Translations under genes and position numbers: made by a program
Notes under the pieces: model-generated
Databases searched by the model: none
What the model was told of the DNA's origin: nothing
What the model saw: only the letters and a program-made list of their open reading frames with translations
Shown here: piece by piece, positions 13,709 to 27,021 of the stretch
Numbering within the stretch: position 1 is the stretch's first letter
How the letters are laid out: every line of letters begins with the position of its first letter
Assembly: GCA_013115145.1 (NCBI GenBank)
Contig: JAAPAO010000223.1
Span: forward strand, 1-51,250
Direction: 5' to 3'
DNA: 51,250 bases
Source: Perkinsus chesapeaki ATCC PRA-425
Lineage: Eukaryota; Protista; Perkinsozoa

Positions 13709-15680
13709 TCATTTTGGGGCTCGGAGTCGCCAGTACGACACAGTATAATAATAAGCGAAAACGTGATCTTCCGGTTTTACTAGAAGGGCTGTACTCGATC
13801 CCCTACATACCTGACTCGACGGCAAGGCAATCTCATCCTGCTCCATTCTTTTGATCAACTCAGCTGAGTTAACATGTCCAGACTTCAACCCCATCTCAGA
13901 ACAGAACTGCGCTGCTAGCAACTTGATGTCATCCGAGGGATGGGTGTGAGACTAAAAAACTAACTCACTCATAACACAGACCACGAGTTTCACAAATACA
14001 AAGAAGTTCTAATCTCTAATATATAAACGTATGTGTAACATAGGGTGGTGCTGCAGCACACCGTGAACTACCCTATGAGGAGGTGATAGCGCCTTTGGCG
14101 GCTCTGCTGCCAGCACTTCCGGAACTTGCTCGATGCCACAGTAGGAACATTGTCGAGTATGCTATTATCACAAAATGACCCTATCATTCCCTACATTGTG
14201 TTGAACTATCAATACAAGTATACTGCGGAACCAAAACCAGTACTAGTGCGGAACGCTCGGCACTGCGGGCTAGGTGTCAGCTATGAATAGAAATCTCCAA
14301 TTCCTCTGGTGGTAACCATCCGCATCTTTACGCGCTATCTAATGCACGCATGAAGCTCATCTAAGCTCACTTACAATGCCATCAAGTATCCTGAGTGTCC
14401 TATGATACCGTCCGATAGTCTTAATCATCGTATCCAACGCCTCGCCACAACGCATGTCCCCCTTCCCTGTGGCTGCCAGGTCAAGTGCTGGATTCAGCTC
14501 CCCGGCCACTATGTTATAACGAAGCTCTTGGAGTGATGCGTGCACTTCAGCAGGGCCGTCCTTCAGTTTGCCCAGGTCAGCCTAGAAGATATGTTGCTCA
14601 GCAGGCCACTGTGTAAAATTAATACAATCAGCCCTAAGATTTCCTTACCGAATGCTCACAGAAGATCACCCTTTTCACGCACTGGGAAAGGGCTCGGAAA
14701 TTTTTAAATTTCCGTAAAATTTCATGCAGGTGCGGACACTCCTCTGCTAGTATACAAGCAAGCACGCCTGTGAATAGTAGTACATAAACCATACTGCACA
14801 CATCACTGATGGAAAATACGGAGGTAATGGTGGCAAAAGTCCATAAAAAATTACATAATCCACCGTACAAGTGTAAGCCTTAAAGTATATAAATTTTAGT
14901 ATTGACTGTGGCAGCAAGATGTCCGCAAGATCCAGCTTTCCAAATATCCTCACCTTTTCTGTTGCATCTATCCCCGATGCTACACTCTCCTCATCAGACA
15001 GATATGCTACCAGCTCATCTATCTGTTCTTGACCTGATCACCTATCACTATCCGATACCACCACCTGCTGCTGCATTACTAAGGTAACTCTCCAAATTCC
15101 TCCATTGGCTATGTGGCAGTAACTAACAATGAGAACACAATGCGTTTATTCATCTCAACTATCAATATAAAAGTATACTTTCCGCATTCAACGCCCGGGG
15201 CCCGTATACAGGGGGAAAATTAGCTCCGATGGAAGTTCCAGCAAATTACGGCATATTACTGTACATGATTAAACACGTACGACACTCGAATGATTATAGG
15301 GATGCGTTGTCATTAAGGCTGGCAGATATCCCATCAGCAAATCTTATCAGAAAACTTCACAGTGCGAAAAGATACTCATGTCCCCTCCCCTTCCAGACCT
15401 ACTTCCATCCATGAATAGAACATGCTAACATCATCATCCGGTGCGAACTGCCCAGGCTTAAGATGAATCGATCGAGCATCAGCATCATTACGGACTCTAA
15501 GCCTATCCCAGCCAATGTTACCAACAACTGCCTCTACAATAGGCGACACCTAAACGACACAAAAATGCAAGGCGCTAAATTCTAAGACTGCGGACCCCCT
15601 CCGCTGAGGGCACGAGGCCGCCGGTCATTCCAGTAGGGTTGGTTATCGAATCCTAGCCCAGGCAACGCTCCCTTCATTGA
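13709..15680 (-). CDS. Hypothetical multi-exon protein
   Basis: Exon-like segments bounded by AG/GT: VSPIVEAVVGNIGWDRLRVRND; RSRTDELVAYLSDEES; EECPHLHEILRKF; ADLGKLKDGPAEVHASLQELRY; QCSYCGIEQVPEV; MEQDEIALPSSQ. Boundaries approximate; may join neighbouring genes. Confidence 0.45.
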
Positions 15681-15730
15681 CTCCGAATAATAGTAATAAA
15701 AGTAATTACTAAAACGTGCTCCATTACTGC

Positions 15731-18700
15731 TTAATTGCTACACTCAATAGTGGCTAGTAACATTTCTGACGCAAAGCCAAACCCCACATTCCAATCATAC
15801 CGCTCTCTCCATAAACAGCTGATAATTGCAGATATTACCATTCTAGCCATAGTCATACACTCTCCCTCAGTGATAACACTATCCTGGCCCTGCAATGCCG
15901 CCGCTGCTGATGGTGGGACTTTGGCACTTAACGATATATCCGATGTAGTAAGATTATGATAACCCAACCGGAGAGATGATATATAAGCAAGGGCTCCCAA
16001 GGTACCTGACGCGCCACGAAATTCCGAGCGATGGACAGTTCTTTGATTCACTCTTTAATAGGAACCAAGAGGAAACTGATCGCTAGTAGCTTCACACACG
16101 TCCCGACAGGTATCGAGCTGCGGGACCAAGCTGTTGGCAGCACCACTATTGTTGAAAGGTGATGAATGTGATATGAATAACAAAGTCATCCTAACCATCT
16201 ACAAGTCTGAAGGCACGTAAACGAATTTAAAAAGCCAAAAAGTAATAACGAATCAACGACATGTACGAAGCGACCAAAAAGAGTTGCTCAGAATGTCTTG
16301 CCCACTGCAGATGTCATTCTACAACTGTCATATGGCCAATGCCCCTTCGTAGATTTCCTACTACCATCTCACTACTACATCCCTCCAATTACTACATCCC
16401 CTCTCAGCTCCCTCCTTATAAAGTCTTATTGCTGCCGGTAACTTGCGCAACTCATGCCTATCATTATCCATATCCTAACACAATGTAAATGTTATAATAT
16501 CATCATACAAGGTTCGCGATACATTTCAAACAACAAAGCTCCCTCAGCTGAACTCGAGCAGTTTCGTTCCGTACCAGGTTGAACCCTCACCAGCGCTGAT
16601 CGACAACGATATATATTCCATATATTCTTAATCACCAATATATTTTTCCGAATATGGTTTTAGTCATCAACAGCACTAGTAGTATTGTTTGTGTCAAGGA
16701 GAGCAGTGCTTGGTATGGTAGTAGTATAATACTACAAAGCCTTACAAAGCCTACGAGGGGTTATTTCCCAACCCATCAATGATGCTATAATATAATCACC
16801 AATCAGCGCGCCCCAGAAAGAATGTAATAGAACTAGATACACTAAGATCTATGAACACCAACAGTGCTTACCACATACAGCTAAATGCTGCAGGGGCTTC
16901 GAAATAAGGGTTACCCGCCCAGAGGATTTCATACATGCCCTACTTTACTATATCATTACCTCCACAAAGAGTAATATCCGTTGCATCTGCTCATCAGATA
17001 TTATGATACTATCACTGGTGGAGACCAGCAGCCCTAGTAGGGAATAACAAGTAGCTAGATTACCTGAGAATACAATGCTAAGAATCTCTTCTCAGCAGTT
17101 CAACGTGCTTCAATACGCTACAACGCGGGCCAGTACTTCCCCTGCCATTCAGTATATATTTTCCAGCTGTGATTATGACGTGGAACAGCTTATAAAGTGA
17201 ACACCATTCTAGGGGAGGGGATTTACTAATAGTAAATAAGAGTAAATAGATAATGTAGTAGATCAGTATATTCTCTATTTACTCTCCCCGTTTGTTTTTG
17301 CTCCCAAAGCTCATATCCCGCACTACCAACGATTATCCCAGGCCCACCCTTCCTCTAGCCATTCCCATACTACCTTCCCCTTTATCAATTGCTGCCATTA
17401 TCTCATTAATAACGCTATTAACACGCTCCTTAGTATCCTGCCATGCTGGCTTCTGTTTGAACAGGTGCTCAAACGCTCTGCCACACTGATCTGGTTCCAG
17501 TGCCGCATACTCCTCCGGCCTTAGCCCAGCGCCGCCCTAACACCAGAGATTCAGCTCTTACCAGTTGCTCTATCACAAGGGGCCAGCATAGAAAGCCGAC
17601 AACGGTGACGTAGTAACGAAAATCCAAGCGTGGCTTCGGGACGACTAGCGCGTTCAAAAATCATGTCTATTAATCCTCATTTATATGAGATTGCTAGTGT
17701 TCTATCTTGAAACATACCAGCGGCTTTCTGAGCTAGGGCACTCCCGTCGGAACCGCCAGCCCGACACAGCCAAGGTCTATCAACAAAATAGGCAAAAGCG
17801 CACACTTCCTTAGGTAGCCTAAAAACGTTGGTATCCCCCTTATAGTACCTCCCCCTGATGGGCTTCTGGCTCTACCTCCCTCTCTAGCTTACGTAACGTC
17901 TGAAAGAGAAGTGATATTGTTAGTGCATATACAAAGGAGAAATAATAATAAGGAATAATAAACGGTGAATAATAAAGATATATAATTAATAATGATCAAC
18001 AATGATAAATGATGAATAATAAAGATATATAATTAATGATGATCAACAATAATAAATGATAAAGATTGATCCATCGCAAGATGAAGAGTGGATATTCAAG
18101 GTATAATAAATTCCCCTACATGTTATCTCAAATAACTAACTCAACAACAGCCCCCTCCGTTATTAGTACCAGTTCTAAATCTCCAGGTTTGTCCTCTACC
18201 TGCACCGCAGTGTCCGGCAGACCATATTCACCACCAGCCAGCATCGGTGTAACAATCCATGGGTCACTACTCAAGTCATTAACAGTAAGCTCGATAGCGC
18301 ACGCCAATACCGACGTTACCAAAAGGAATAGAGGATAGGAGGGCATTTAAAAAACAGTCCTGGTAATCCCGACCAATCGCTTTCATATGACAATACATAG
18401 CGCAATGCTGACAGTTGGCAGACAGTAACAGTCGCTCCTCACGGGTTAGTATAGGAGGGGGTGTATACACAAGTGACGAGGGCCTAGTTGCCCCATATTC
18501 CCAGTATATCACATTGAACAGTAAACAACAAAATGAAACTTTGAACGCAAATGTTCTCCGTTGTTCTTATGGTATATTTCCCCTATTATTTATCCGTGTA
18601 TTTCCCCTATTATTTATCCGTGTATTTCCCCTATTATTTATCCGTATATTTATCCCTATTATTTATCTTTATATTTCCTTTATTATCACTTCAACACAAT

Positions 18701-19890
18701 ATAACATACCCTGAAAGGCTCCTCATCTCAAACCATGAATCCTTGCATGCCCCTTCCACCCCATTTCCCTATTCTCCCCACCATAAGGTGACTTGATGTG
18801 CACAACGCCACTAGGCCCTGTATGTAGACTGGACAACGGTGGATGCGTCCAATCGAACGGTAGCGTATGGTGAGCTTGAAGAAAGTGTCGAAGATACTCC
18901 GGAGAGGGCGAACTGAAAACCTCATTATGCGGGAAGCCACTATATCTCATCAACTTGCGGGGAGATGCTTGGCATGAGTTACGAAGCAATATCAGCTTCA
19001 GGAAGGATACATTTCGCGGCGATTCGGTGGGGAGATGATAGAGCTAAGCCGTGCAAGACTGATAGGCATTGCCGCAGATTGAAAGGTCGAATGATCAACA
19101 GCTTATACTTAAAGCACAGATATCTTTCCAATTTTTATCCTTCCATTTATTTTTCGTACTGCCCTACGCCCAGTCCCCCACTATGACCTGGTAAGCCTTT
19201 TCAATGCAGCATATCCTGGGCCTAGTCCCCCTACCACACCAACGTGCTCTGCTACCTATCATCAAAGTCGGGTAGATCTACCACACACATATAGTGACCT
19301 GATCCCTAGCAGCATGCGCTGCCAATTGGCCTTGCTTTATTGCAGTGGCTACTTGCTGATTCATAGCTATCGCCTGCATCCCTGCTTGCTTTATAAGAAT
19401 CTAGTCACAAGCACACCACTCACTCATCGTGTTTTGAGGGATTTTCTGGAGTCCGATATTATAAAGATTGTGTAGTAGCTCTCGAACACTTGGATTTCCG
19501 AAATCTATACTAATGTCATTGCACGGGCGACTTGCTACGAAGAGAAGAGGTCGAAACGAGATCAAAAGGAGAAGAGCATGAACTTGTCTTATACAGAGAG
19601 GAGACACCGAAGAGGTCGCTGTTCTCAACTTCCTTTATCTTACCATTACAAGCACTATATATATCCGTGCCATTGGTAGGCCCTATTAGTGTACCCCGGC
19701 AGCATGGCACTGTATACAAGCGAGATATCCTTACCGCAGCTGTCCTTAACTTGGCTAAGGCTTCCTGGGCGAGATAACCAGTCTCAGTAGGATCAATTCT
19801 GATTCTACCCTCCCCTACTGATAGAGATGTTGTTGGTGTGTAGGTCGGATGCTCTACTGTGGGCCATGGTGCGTCATGAAAATGCATAGC
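15731..19890 (-). CDS. One or more hypothetical multi-exon genes with AT-rich, repeat-containing introns
   Basis: Exon-like segments (GYLAQEALAKLRTAAVRISRLY; SRPCNDISIDFGNPSVRELLHNL; CQHCAMYCHMKAIGRDYQDCF; LSSDPWIVTPMLAGGEYGLPD; LLVSTSDSIIISDEQMQRILLFVE). A complete frame-consistent model could not be built. Confidence 0.35.
17967..18060. repeat. Two tandem copies of a 47-bp AT-rich unit
   Basis: gaataataaagatatataattaat(a/g)atgatcaacaat(g/a)ataaatgat starts at 17967 and 18014. Confidence 0.9.
18575..18668. repeat. 24-bp tandem repeat, about 3.5 copies
   Basis: tatttcccctattatttatccgtg at 18575, 18599 and 18623, plus a degenerate fourth copy. Confidence 0.92.
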
Positions 19891-20266
19891 TGCTATATTA
19901 GGCATTAACACGGTACATGGAACCAACAGTGATGGATTTGTGTTATAACATATCTATAACCTGTTGGGTGTTACCCAAGACTCTTGGGTCAAGAGATACC
20001 AATGTCTTATAAGTATCTTGTAGTGCAGGACCTGTATTCGTAGTAATTAAACTATTGTACTTGAAGTACAGTACTTCACCGAGCTTAAAAATCCCACTAG
20101 CACTTTAAATGGTATGAAGTCACAATTGCAGATGATCCAGTCATCTAGCTTAATCGGTTAAACTAATTTGGCTTACAAAGTTCGTTATACCGACTCGTCG
20201 AAGCTTCATTCGGTTCGAGGTAACTCGACACTCGCACGGGCATGAATAAAACCTCAAGGTTTTCAA

Positions 20267-20338
20267 GTCGCTATCGTCTAGTGGTTAGGACGTCACGTTG
20301 TGGCCGTGACAACCCCGGTTCAAATCCGGGTAGCGACT
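20267..20338 (+). tRNA. trnH-GUG: tRNA-His (GUG)
   Basis: Cloverleaf: acceptor GTCGCTA/TAGCGAC, D arm GTCTAGTGGTTAGGAC, anticodon arm TCACG-TTGTGGC-CGTGA, T arm CCCGG-TTCAAAT-CCGGG. Confidence 0.97.
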
Positions 20339-20679
20339 TTATTCTGCTGAAAATGATGTCCTCGTGTACTTTTCCCTCTTTATGTTCTTGTCCGCCAATT
20401 CTCACCTGTTACACCTCACTATTAGTGACCAGTACACGAGTTAATCACCGAGAAATTCCTGGAATATAGACCATATCCAAATAGGACCACTTCTATTCAG
20501 TCAACCTTCTTTATTCAACACAGCTCCAACAGTCCAGAAAGAAACCACGTTCACAATGCAGTTAATTAACCCCACCTACTCTGTGAGGCAACTAGTGGTC
20601 ATCCAACGGGCATAAGCTAAATTATTTGTCAAGTGTTTGAAAATGTAGTCAACTGTTCGGCATCTGGCGATGTGGATCA

Positions 20680-21103
20680 TCAAAAGCTCTGACGAAGACT
20701 CGGTGGGACCATTTCTACCTTGCCTGTTCTGAAAAAAACTAACAAATACACTTGCAAAACATACACCGGAAATAACCAAGGCTGGCCCACTTACAATGGG
20801 TTGGTTCCCAGTGGTCGACGAAATAACAAAATATTGGGCTCCGGCTTGTGCGTAGCGTAATGCACCCAACCTCGAGATTGCTGTATCCCAACCGATCTCC
20901 AGTCATTCTCATCAAGGAGCATCGCGGCCGAATAACCGTGAATTGACCTTTGGAGCATCTAACTGTGAATTGAGGGCACAGGCATGCCATTAGCGCCTCA
21001 CTCGGTAGGTTGGTTTGCTCAGTATCACATGCCGATACTCGTATTCGTCATCGGTGTACTTCTCAGAGTACTCGTTATCGTCGGGAAAGTGTGGTGGGCT
21101 CAT
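20680..21103 (-). CDS. CKS1: Cyclin-dependent kinase regulatory subunit (CKS/Suc1), 3 exons, about 105 aa
   Basis: Spliced product [34 protein letters not shown]|MLQ...[41 protein letters not shown]|[16 protein letters not shown] carries the CKS signatures YSxKYxDxxYEYRHV, QQSxGWVHY and HxPEPxILLFRRP. Confidence 0.95.
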
Positions 21104-21380
21104 AAGAGGCAAGCCTGAGATTCAGTGCATCAAATTATGACCTAGGGAGGAACGGTGAATACAGGAGAACGTTCTATACTGACTATTGTGCAACTCGAAC
21201 GCAATACAGTACAGTTGACGGCAGAAGCCTCTTTATGCCGCATAAAAGGGGCAGTAAATCACATACTAACATTCGGGAATATAGATGACTTAACTGGCGC
21301 TGCAAAAAACCAGTGTAAGCCATATTTAAGTGATGAATGGTTGATACGAAACTATTGTTATGAAATCTATAATGGTACAG

Positions 21381-22297
21381 TTAATATTGGCTATGCCATT
21401 CTTCATAGAAGCCTTTCTGTTCATCAGACCCATCGAAGCTGAACACACGGCGGCGCTCAGGGATGTCGGGCATCACTTGAACGATGCCATCAGAGGAAGA
21501 CGATCTTCCACGATTGCCAACGCCTCTGAAAACACACAACTTGAATCACCACTAGCAGTCGGCGGCGAATCACCGTGGCTGCTCCGGCATTGCACTGTAT
21601 GTCGGCGTTGTAACCTCCTGTAGAGCCTCCTCCATGCCTGGTGGCCCCTCGACCGATCGAGCGATCACGTTGAAGGACTGGTGTGTGCTCAGATTCTCTG
21701 AAAGAGGTTACGCGTGCATTCTGCGCTGCGCAAGATACCTTTAATCATATATTCTCTAGCGTTCTTAATAGCATTAACAACCTCATTATATCCACCCGAG
21801 ACAGCACATGTCTGATGGCCAGTAGTGCATTGAATGTTCGGCATAGACCTGAAAGGGAAGGCTGTCATCAGTTCCTATTTCAAATCAGCTTGCCTCAAGA
21901 AAGCTGCCATATCTTCTATACTTCTGCGTTGTTCCCGTTTTGGCACTAAGCCGCTACTATTCCTCACGCTTAGTTCAACAATTACCTACATCTCCACGGT
22001 AGCAATGACACAGTACCTTAGGCTTACCATTTTAACGAAGCTTCTTCAATAGAATCGTTAAATCCAATAAAGCACTGGGCGCGCGCTAAACTTTCGAGCG
22101 CCTATAGTTTTTGACAAATTATGGCTCCATTTTAGACCGCTAAGTGTGTTGCTTTGAATTATGGAAGGGAAGCTGTAATGACTGGATCCTCCTTGCTTTT
22201 GAATAGTACAGAAAAGCTGGAAAGACGACATCACAATGGCTCTTGTGTCGAAGGAGACAAATTTTAGGATATTTTTGAGGTTAACATTTGACCCCAT
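21381..22297 (-). CDS. Hypothetical multi-exon protein
   Basis: Exon-like segments (VELSVRNSSGLVPKREQRRSIEDM; SVEGPPGMEEALQEV; DGIVQVMPDIPERRRVFSFDGSDEQKGFYEEW). Model incomplete. Confidence 0.35.
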
Positions 22298-22318
22298 AAC
22301 TTTGCATGGACAATAGAA

Positions 22319-25300
22319 ATGTCGACAAAATACTGTTCTAACTGTAGCAAGCCCTTGGATGGAAAGTACGGCATAGCGTAGCTCTCCTGGAAGTGTCGTC
22401 GTCGTACCAGGTCCTATACCTGCAAACTTTGTGACACACAGGTTTGCCCAGATTGTCTAGCCTCTGGCAAACTATTTGGGACTAAGAAATGCAAACGATG
22501 GTAAGAAGCTGCTCGTTTAGATATTCACTATTTGTATCATCCCTTAGCATCAACATTAGTAAGGATTCATATATATATATCTTTGTATGCTTCCGGGAAT
22601 CAGTCTTCATAACTTTTACCAATAGGATCGGTCAACAGGTCATCGCTCTTGTAATACCGCTGAGTTAGGCTTGTCGTTGATAGTACATTGCTAAGAACAA
22701 CTCCTATTACGTTAAGGGGAAATCTTTATAGTGCGCATGGTATCTTAGACGTAATAGTGTTATTATCTTCATTACTATAATAAATGGCTAAAGAGACACC
22801 ATCGTGGTTATCTCATCTCAGCTGCGGTCTGATTCCCGATCAAGCGTCAAGTCCACAGAAGAAGAACCGTCCAGCGTCGGCTGCCAAGTCCTCTACTCCC
22901 CAGACAACCAGCAATACCCCTGCTAGCACTCCTCAAAAGGATACTGCTCCGGCAACAGGCGGAGATATGCCTCCAGCAGTTGGTATGCTAATAATGATCA
23001 GTTGATCTTTTTACGGTTTTTCTATCAGATACTGCCGCTGAGGCTGCCAGGAAGAAAGAGATAGCAGAGGCGCGCAAGGCAGCTGCCCAAAATAGCAAAA
23101 TCGGCAACATGCTTCGAGTTGGATCGACTTTTGATGCCAACCAAGGCGGCATGCTCGATATGAATGATACCACCAGTAAGCCTCTGGCATGTATTCAGTA
23201 TATTATTGGAATTCTTAATCCTCTTAGTGAAATTCGGTTGGGACCTGTACGCACTTTTAAACGTGAAAGTAATCGAAGCGTCTGGTCTGCCAGCTGCCGA
23301 TGTTAACGTCATCGGTGCTAACTCATCAGATCCTTATGCCGTCATCACATTGCTGGAGGATAAGGTAAGGCTCTGCTTGCTAAACGATATAGGGGGGATA
23401 GGGCTTCCTCAGGTCACCCGGAAAACTAAGATTTGCAAGCAGACTTTGTCACCTGTTTGGAACTTCGAGTGCACTACTATGGTGGTAGATGTGCCTTGCC
23501 AGAAGATGGAGGTTCAAGTGTAATACTTATCGATGGTGTCGACGATATATTCGGTATAGGTACGATTATGATATGACATCTGATGATGATCTATTGGGCA
23601 CTGCTTATCTTGATCTAACCAATCTGATCCCAGGGCAACCGGCCAACGGCTGGCTGCCTCTAACAAACGAAGGTAAGGAAGGATCGTAGAGGTTTACAAA
23701 GGAGGGGGGAAAAGGATACATTCGTCAGTATCGTCATTGAAGCATGCTATTTGATCGTAACGCTGCTTGATGATGCTTTCCTCCCCCTGCGTACATTATT
23801 CTTATTGTGATAGGGCTTAGTGATTATTTTCTTCATCAGGCAAACCAGCTGGTGCCATCCATCTCGAGTTGGAGATTATGTATACACCTGGCTCGGAGAG
23901 GATAGCATACATTCAAGAGGCAATGGTACCTAGACCGAAGCCAAAGCCGAAGTTTGATATCAATGCACTTTATGGACCTGGGATGTAATGGTGATAGAAA
24001 TGACTTGAGCATTTACCATAATTGGTTCACCTCCTACTCGTCACTGCACTTGTACTCATCTGAATGTTACTCAATAGTCGTCCCGGGTTGTCTACTGTTT
24101 CCTCCTCCTTTCCCCCATGTTGATGCTCTAGGCTGCTGCTGCTGCTGCTGATCCTTGTTGTTTAGGTTTATGGCTCATGTCCTCTGGCTGGATACCCTTC
24201 AACCTTTTATTAAGGATCACGTTCTCCCAATTCTTATGTGGGATAACTGGCTGCTTTCAGCTGTAGCCCTTATTGGTTTTATCTATTCAAGGTAATACCA
24301 ATCGTGGGCAAACCGGGGGCCGTTTTACGGTTTTTCTATCAGTTATTACGCCGCCTACTGGCCGGCCATTGCCTGCTGGGCACTTGCAGTCGCTATGTTG
24401 CGTAACAAGTTCCTTAAAGGTTATGAACGCTTTATGCAGAACAAGACTCTCACATCCACACTCGATGCTTCTGGCAATGTTATCCTGCTAGATTCGGATG
24501 ACGATGATAACAGTAAGTCGCCCTCGTCTTCCTCAATATTGTGGCGCGCGGGAATTTGCAAGAACTGTGTTCAATGCAGATAATACAACATGATATGGTC
24601 GCTTCCGCTCTGTTATACATTATCATCAAAGCTTTTCGCCGAAAGTTATAACGCTTGTTTGTAGCTATACTTTTCCTGTTTTATTGTATTCTTTGCCATT
24701 TTCGGTTTTCCCTGAAGCACGAGCTTCCTTACTGTCCATTTTTCTATCAGTATAGAACTATCTGTTATATCAAAACCATCTATCCATTATATTTATCTGT
24801 TCTATACATAACAGTCCATTATAATACCCACATAGCCCGATTTTAAATGTTGCACTTGGCGGCTGGTCTACTTCTCCCTCCGCCGTGCGTATATACAACG
24901 ATTTAGGTGAGCCCCAGGAGGAATCCTTCAATGGCCTTGTTAAGACCTTCACGAAGTTATCTCCCGGTTGGGTCAAGGATATGGCGGCTGGATTCCAGCC
25001 GCTGGTCAGGACGCTCGCTGATGTTGTCGGAGAAATTAGGGAGATTATACTGTGGAAGTAATAAAGTTTAGTCTTCTAGGAAGGAGCAATCGTCTTTATT
25101 CAGGCATAAAGCATCGCAGCCGGTGTTCTACACTCTATTGGCAGCTGGAATTGTCCTCTGCTTTATTCCCTTCTGGATAGTTATTATGTTGGTGGGTGCT
25201 GTCATACTTGTTGTTAACTCGCCATTAAAGGGACTTAGTATTGGTCTTGCTAAGTACGCTGCACGGTAAGTTCAGGGGAGTGTATAAGGCTCACATCTAC

Positions 25301-25967
25301 TATACTGGTTTATGTTAATATAGCCTTTTATATATATTGTATAATATCCTACTATAGCCTTTTATATATATTATATAATATCCTACTATAGCCTTTTATA
25401 TATATTATATAATATCCTACTATAGCCTTTTATATATATTATATAATATCGTGNNNNNNNNNNNNNNNNNNNNNNNNNNNNNNNNNNNNNNNNNNNNNNN
25501 NNNNNNNNNNNNNNNNNNNNNNNNNNNNNNNNNNNNNNNNNNTATTATATTATATAATATCCTACTATAGCCTTTTATATATATTATATAATATCCTACT
25601 ATAGCCTTTTATATATATTATATAATATCCTACTATAGCCTTTTATATATATTATATAATATTCTACTATAGCCTTTTATATATATTGTATAATATCCTA
25701 CTATAGCCTTTTATATATATTATACTATCCTATCGTATATTTTCTACCAAAGCAACTTTATTGTACTAAGCTTCCTTGCCATTATTTCATGAACTATTAC
25801 GTATCATGTCTTTCTCAACTCTTTCATACCGTATATTCCTCGAACCAACTATATTCAGGCCAACTCCTACTGGAGATGTCGGTCTATTGGACGCCATGGA
25901 GGAGTTCCACATGTCGGACGAGTTCCGCAAGCAGGCCGCCAAGAAACAAAGAAAACAGCAAAAGTAA
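22319..25967 (+). CDS. FYVE-like Zn finger + C2 + MCTP-type (PRT_C-like) transmembrane protein, paralog A
   Basis: Zn finger CSNC..CKLC..CPDC..CKRC; C2 domain (LNVKVIEASGLPAADV..SSDPY..SPVWN..YDYD..SDDDLLG..GWLPL); YWPAIACWAL hydrophobic block, acidic DSDDDD, FQPLVRTLADVVGEIREIILW, VLCFIPFWIVIMLVG. Last exon 25859-25967 follows the minisatellite intron. Confidence 0.82.
25319..25731. repeat. 34-bp AT-rich minisatellite in the last intron (25266-25858) of paralog A, interrupted by an N gap
   Basis: Unit tatcctactatagccttttatatatattatataa; period 34 (tcctac at 25381 and 25415). Confidence 0.95.
25454..25541. other. Assembly gap (N run)
   Basis: Run of n inside the 34-bp repeat. Confidence 1.
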
Positions 25968-27021
25968 ATGACCTTACTACCGGGCTGAGGTAGTACCGAC
26001 TTCACTACCAACAAGTTTCACTATTCCCTTCTCGTCTCTCAGGCTCGCTATTTTGTTTTGCATCTCATGAAGCCGTGCCGAAGTCCGTAGCTGCCAATCG
26101 GCGGCATTCACACTTCACGTATCTAAGGTCAAGAATACCGAGGGCGGCAAGGTCGAAGCCCTTGCTGAGTGATGAAGGTTAGCGGCTTCGACCACCAGCA
26201 GCAGCAGCTACTCAAAGCCAAGTGGCTCGTAAGATTCCTTTGTGTTTTCTTATACTTCTCTACTGCTATCTGTTACTCCCTTACAACTACTCATTTAGTC
26301 TCAAACACTGTTCTAGTTTCTCTCTGGGCCGCCTCGATGGGCGCCCATTGCTGCTGATTGCGATATCAGCTATATTGCTTATATTCTATAACATAGTAAA
26401 GTGTTGAGTTTGTCCTATTAGACGTGTTATAAGGAAAGTAAAGCTGACAAAATATAGTCCTTGCTAGCTCGAACCTATGCACCTATTGTGTACTATCGCG
26501 AGGTAATTATTTTGCTGGTAAGTGAACTTTATTAGCCGCCCCCCCCCAGTTGAAGGCGGAAGGAGCTATGACGTCTCTTGAGGATGCGTATTCGCACTCA
26601 TTGATGTGCTTCGGAATTTAGCAGGTCACTGTGTCCCTCGGGGATCAAAAAGTGCTTAAATGCGAAAGAAAATTTTGCTAGATAGTAAGGTTCTACTTTT
26701 ATGACATACTCATCGTTTTGTTCTGCGAGCGCTGTACTGCTCTATTTATATCTATAACAACTTCTTAAGTGGCGGTAGTTTCAGAGTGGATCCCCCAAGT
26801 TTCCGGATTTAGGACCCCTTTTTAAACTGATGGACAAAAGTTTGTATTTGATCGTAAAAAGGTGCTGAGCGAAAGAAATCAAATTAACTCGTTTCGAGAG
26901 CATCTGGTGTCCCTCTACAACTCCACGGCCGCAGTAGTAACTTGTGATGTGTCCTCGAGGAACGCGGTAGCTTTTGGAAAACAAGCATGGTGTATTATTC
27001 TAACAGTTGTTGTATTCTGAA

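Noticed and set aside
14040-14077. Hairpin atagggt..gtgctgcagcac..accctat as an ncRNA
   Set aside because: Overlaps a probable exon/intron junction of the minus-strand gene, with no ncRNA boxes.
17085-17115. Stop-codon reassignment to explain in-frame stops in exon-like sequence
   Set aside because: All well-supported genes use TAA, TAG and TGA as true stops, and the 5-kb exon has none in frame; a wrong exon boundary is more likely.
25776-25967. Independent small gene MSFSTLSY...KQQK
   Set aside because: Better explained as the last exon of paralog A (donor GCACG|gtaag at 25266, acceptor cag at 25858, in frame).
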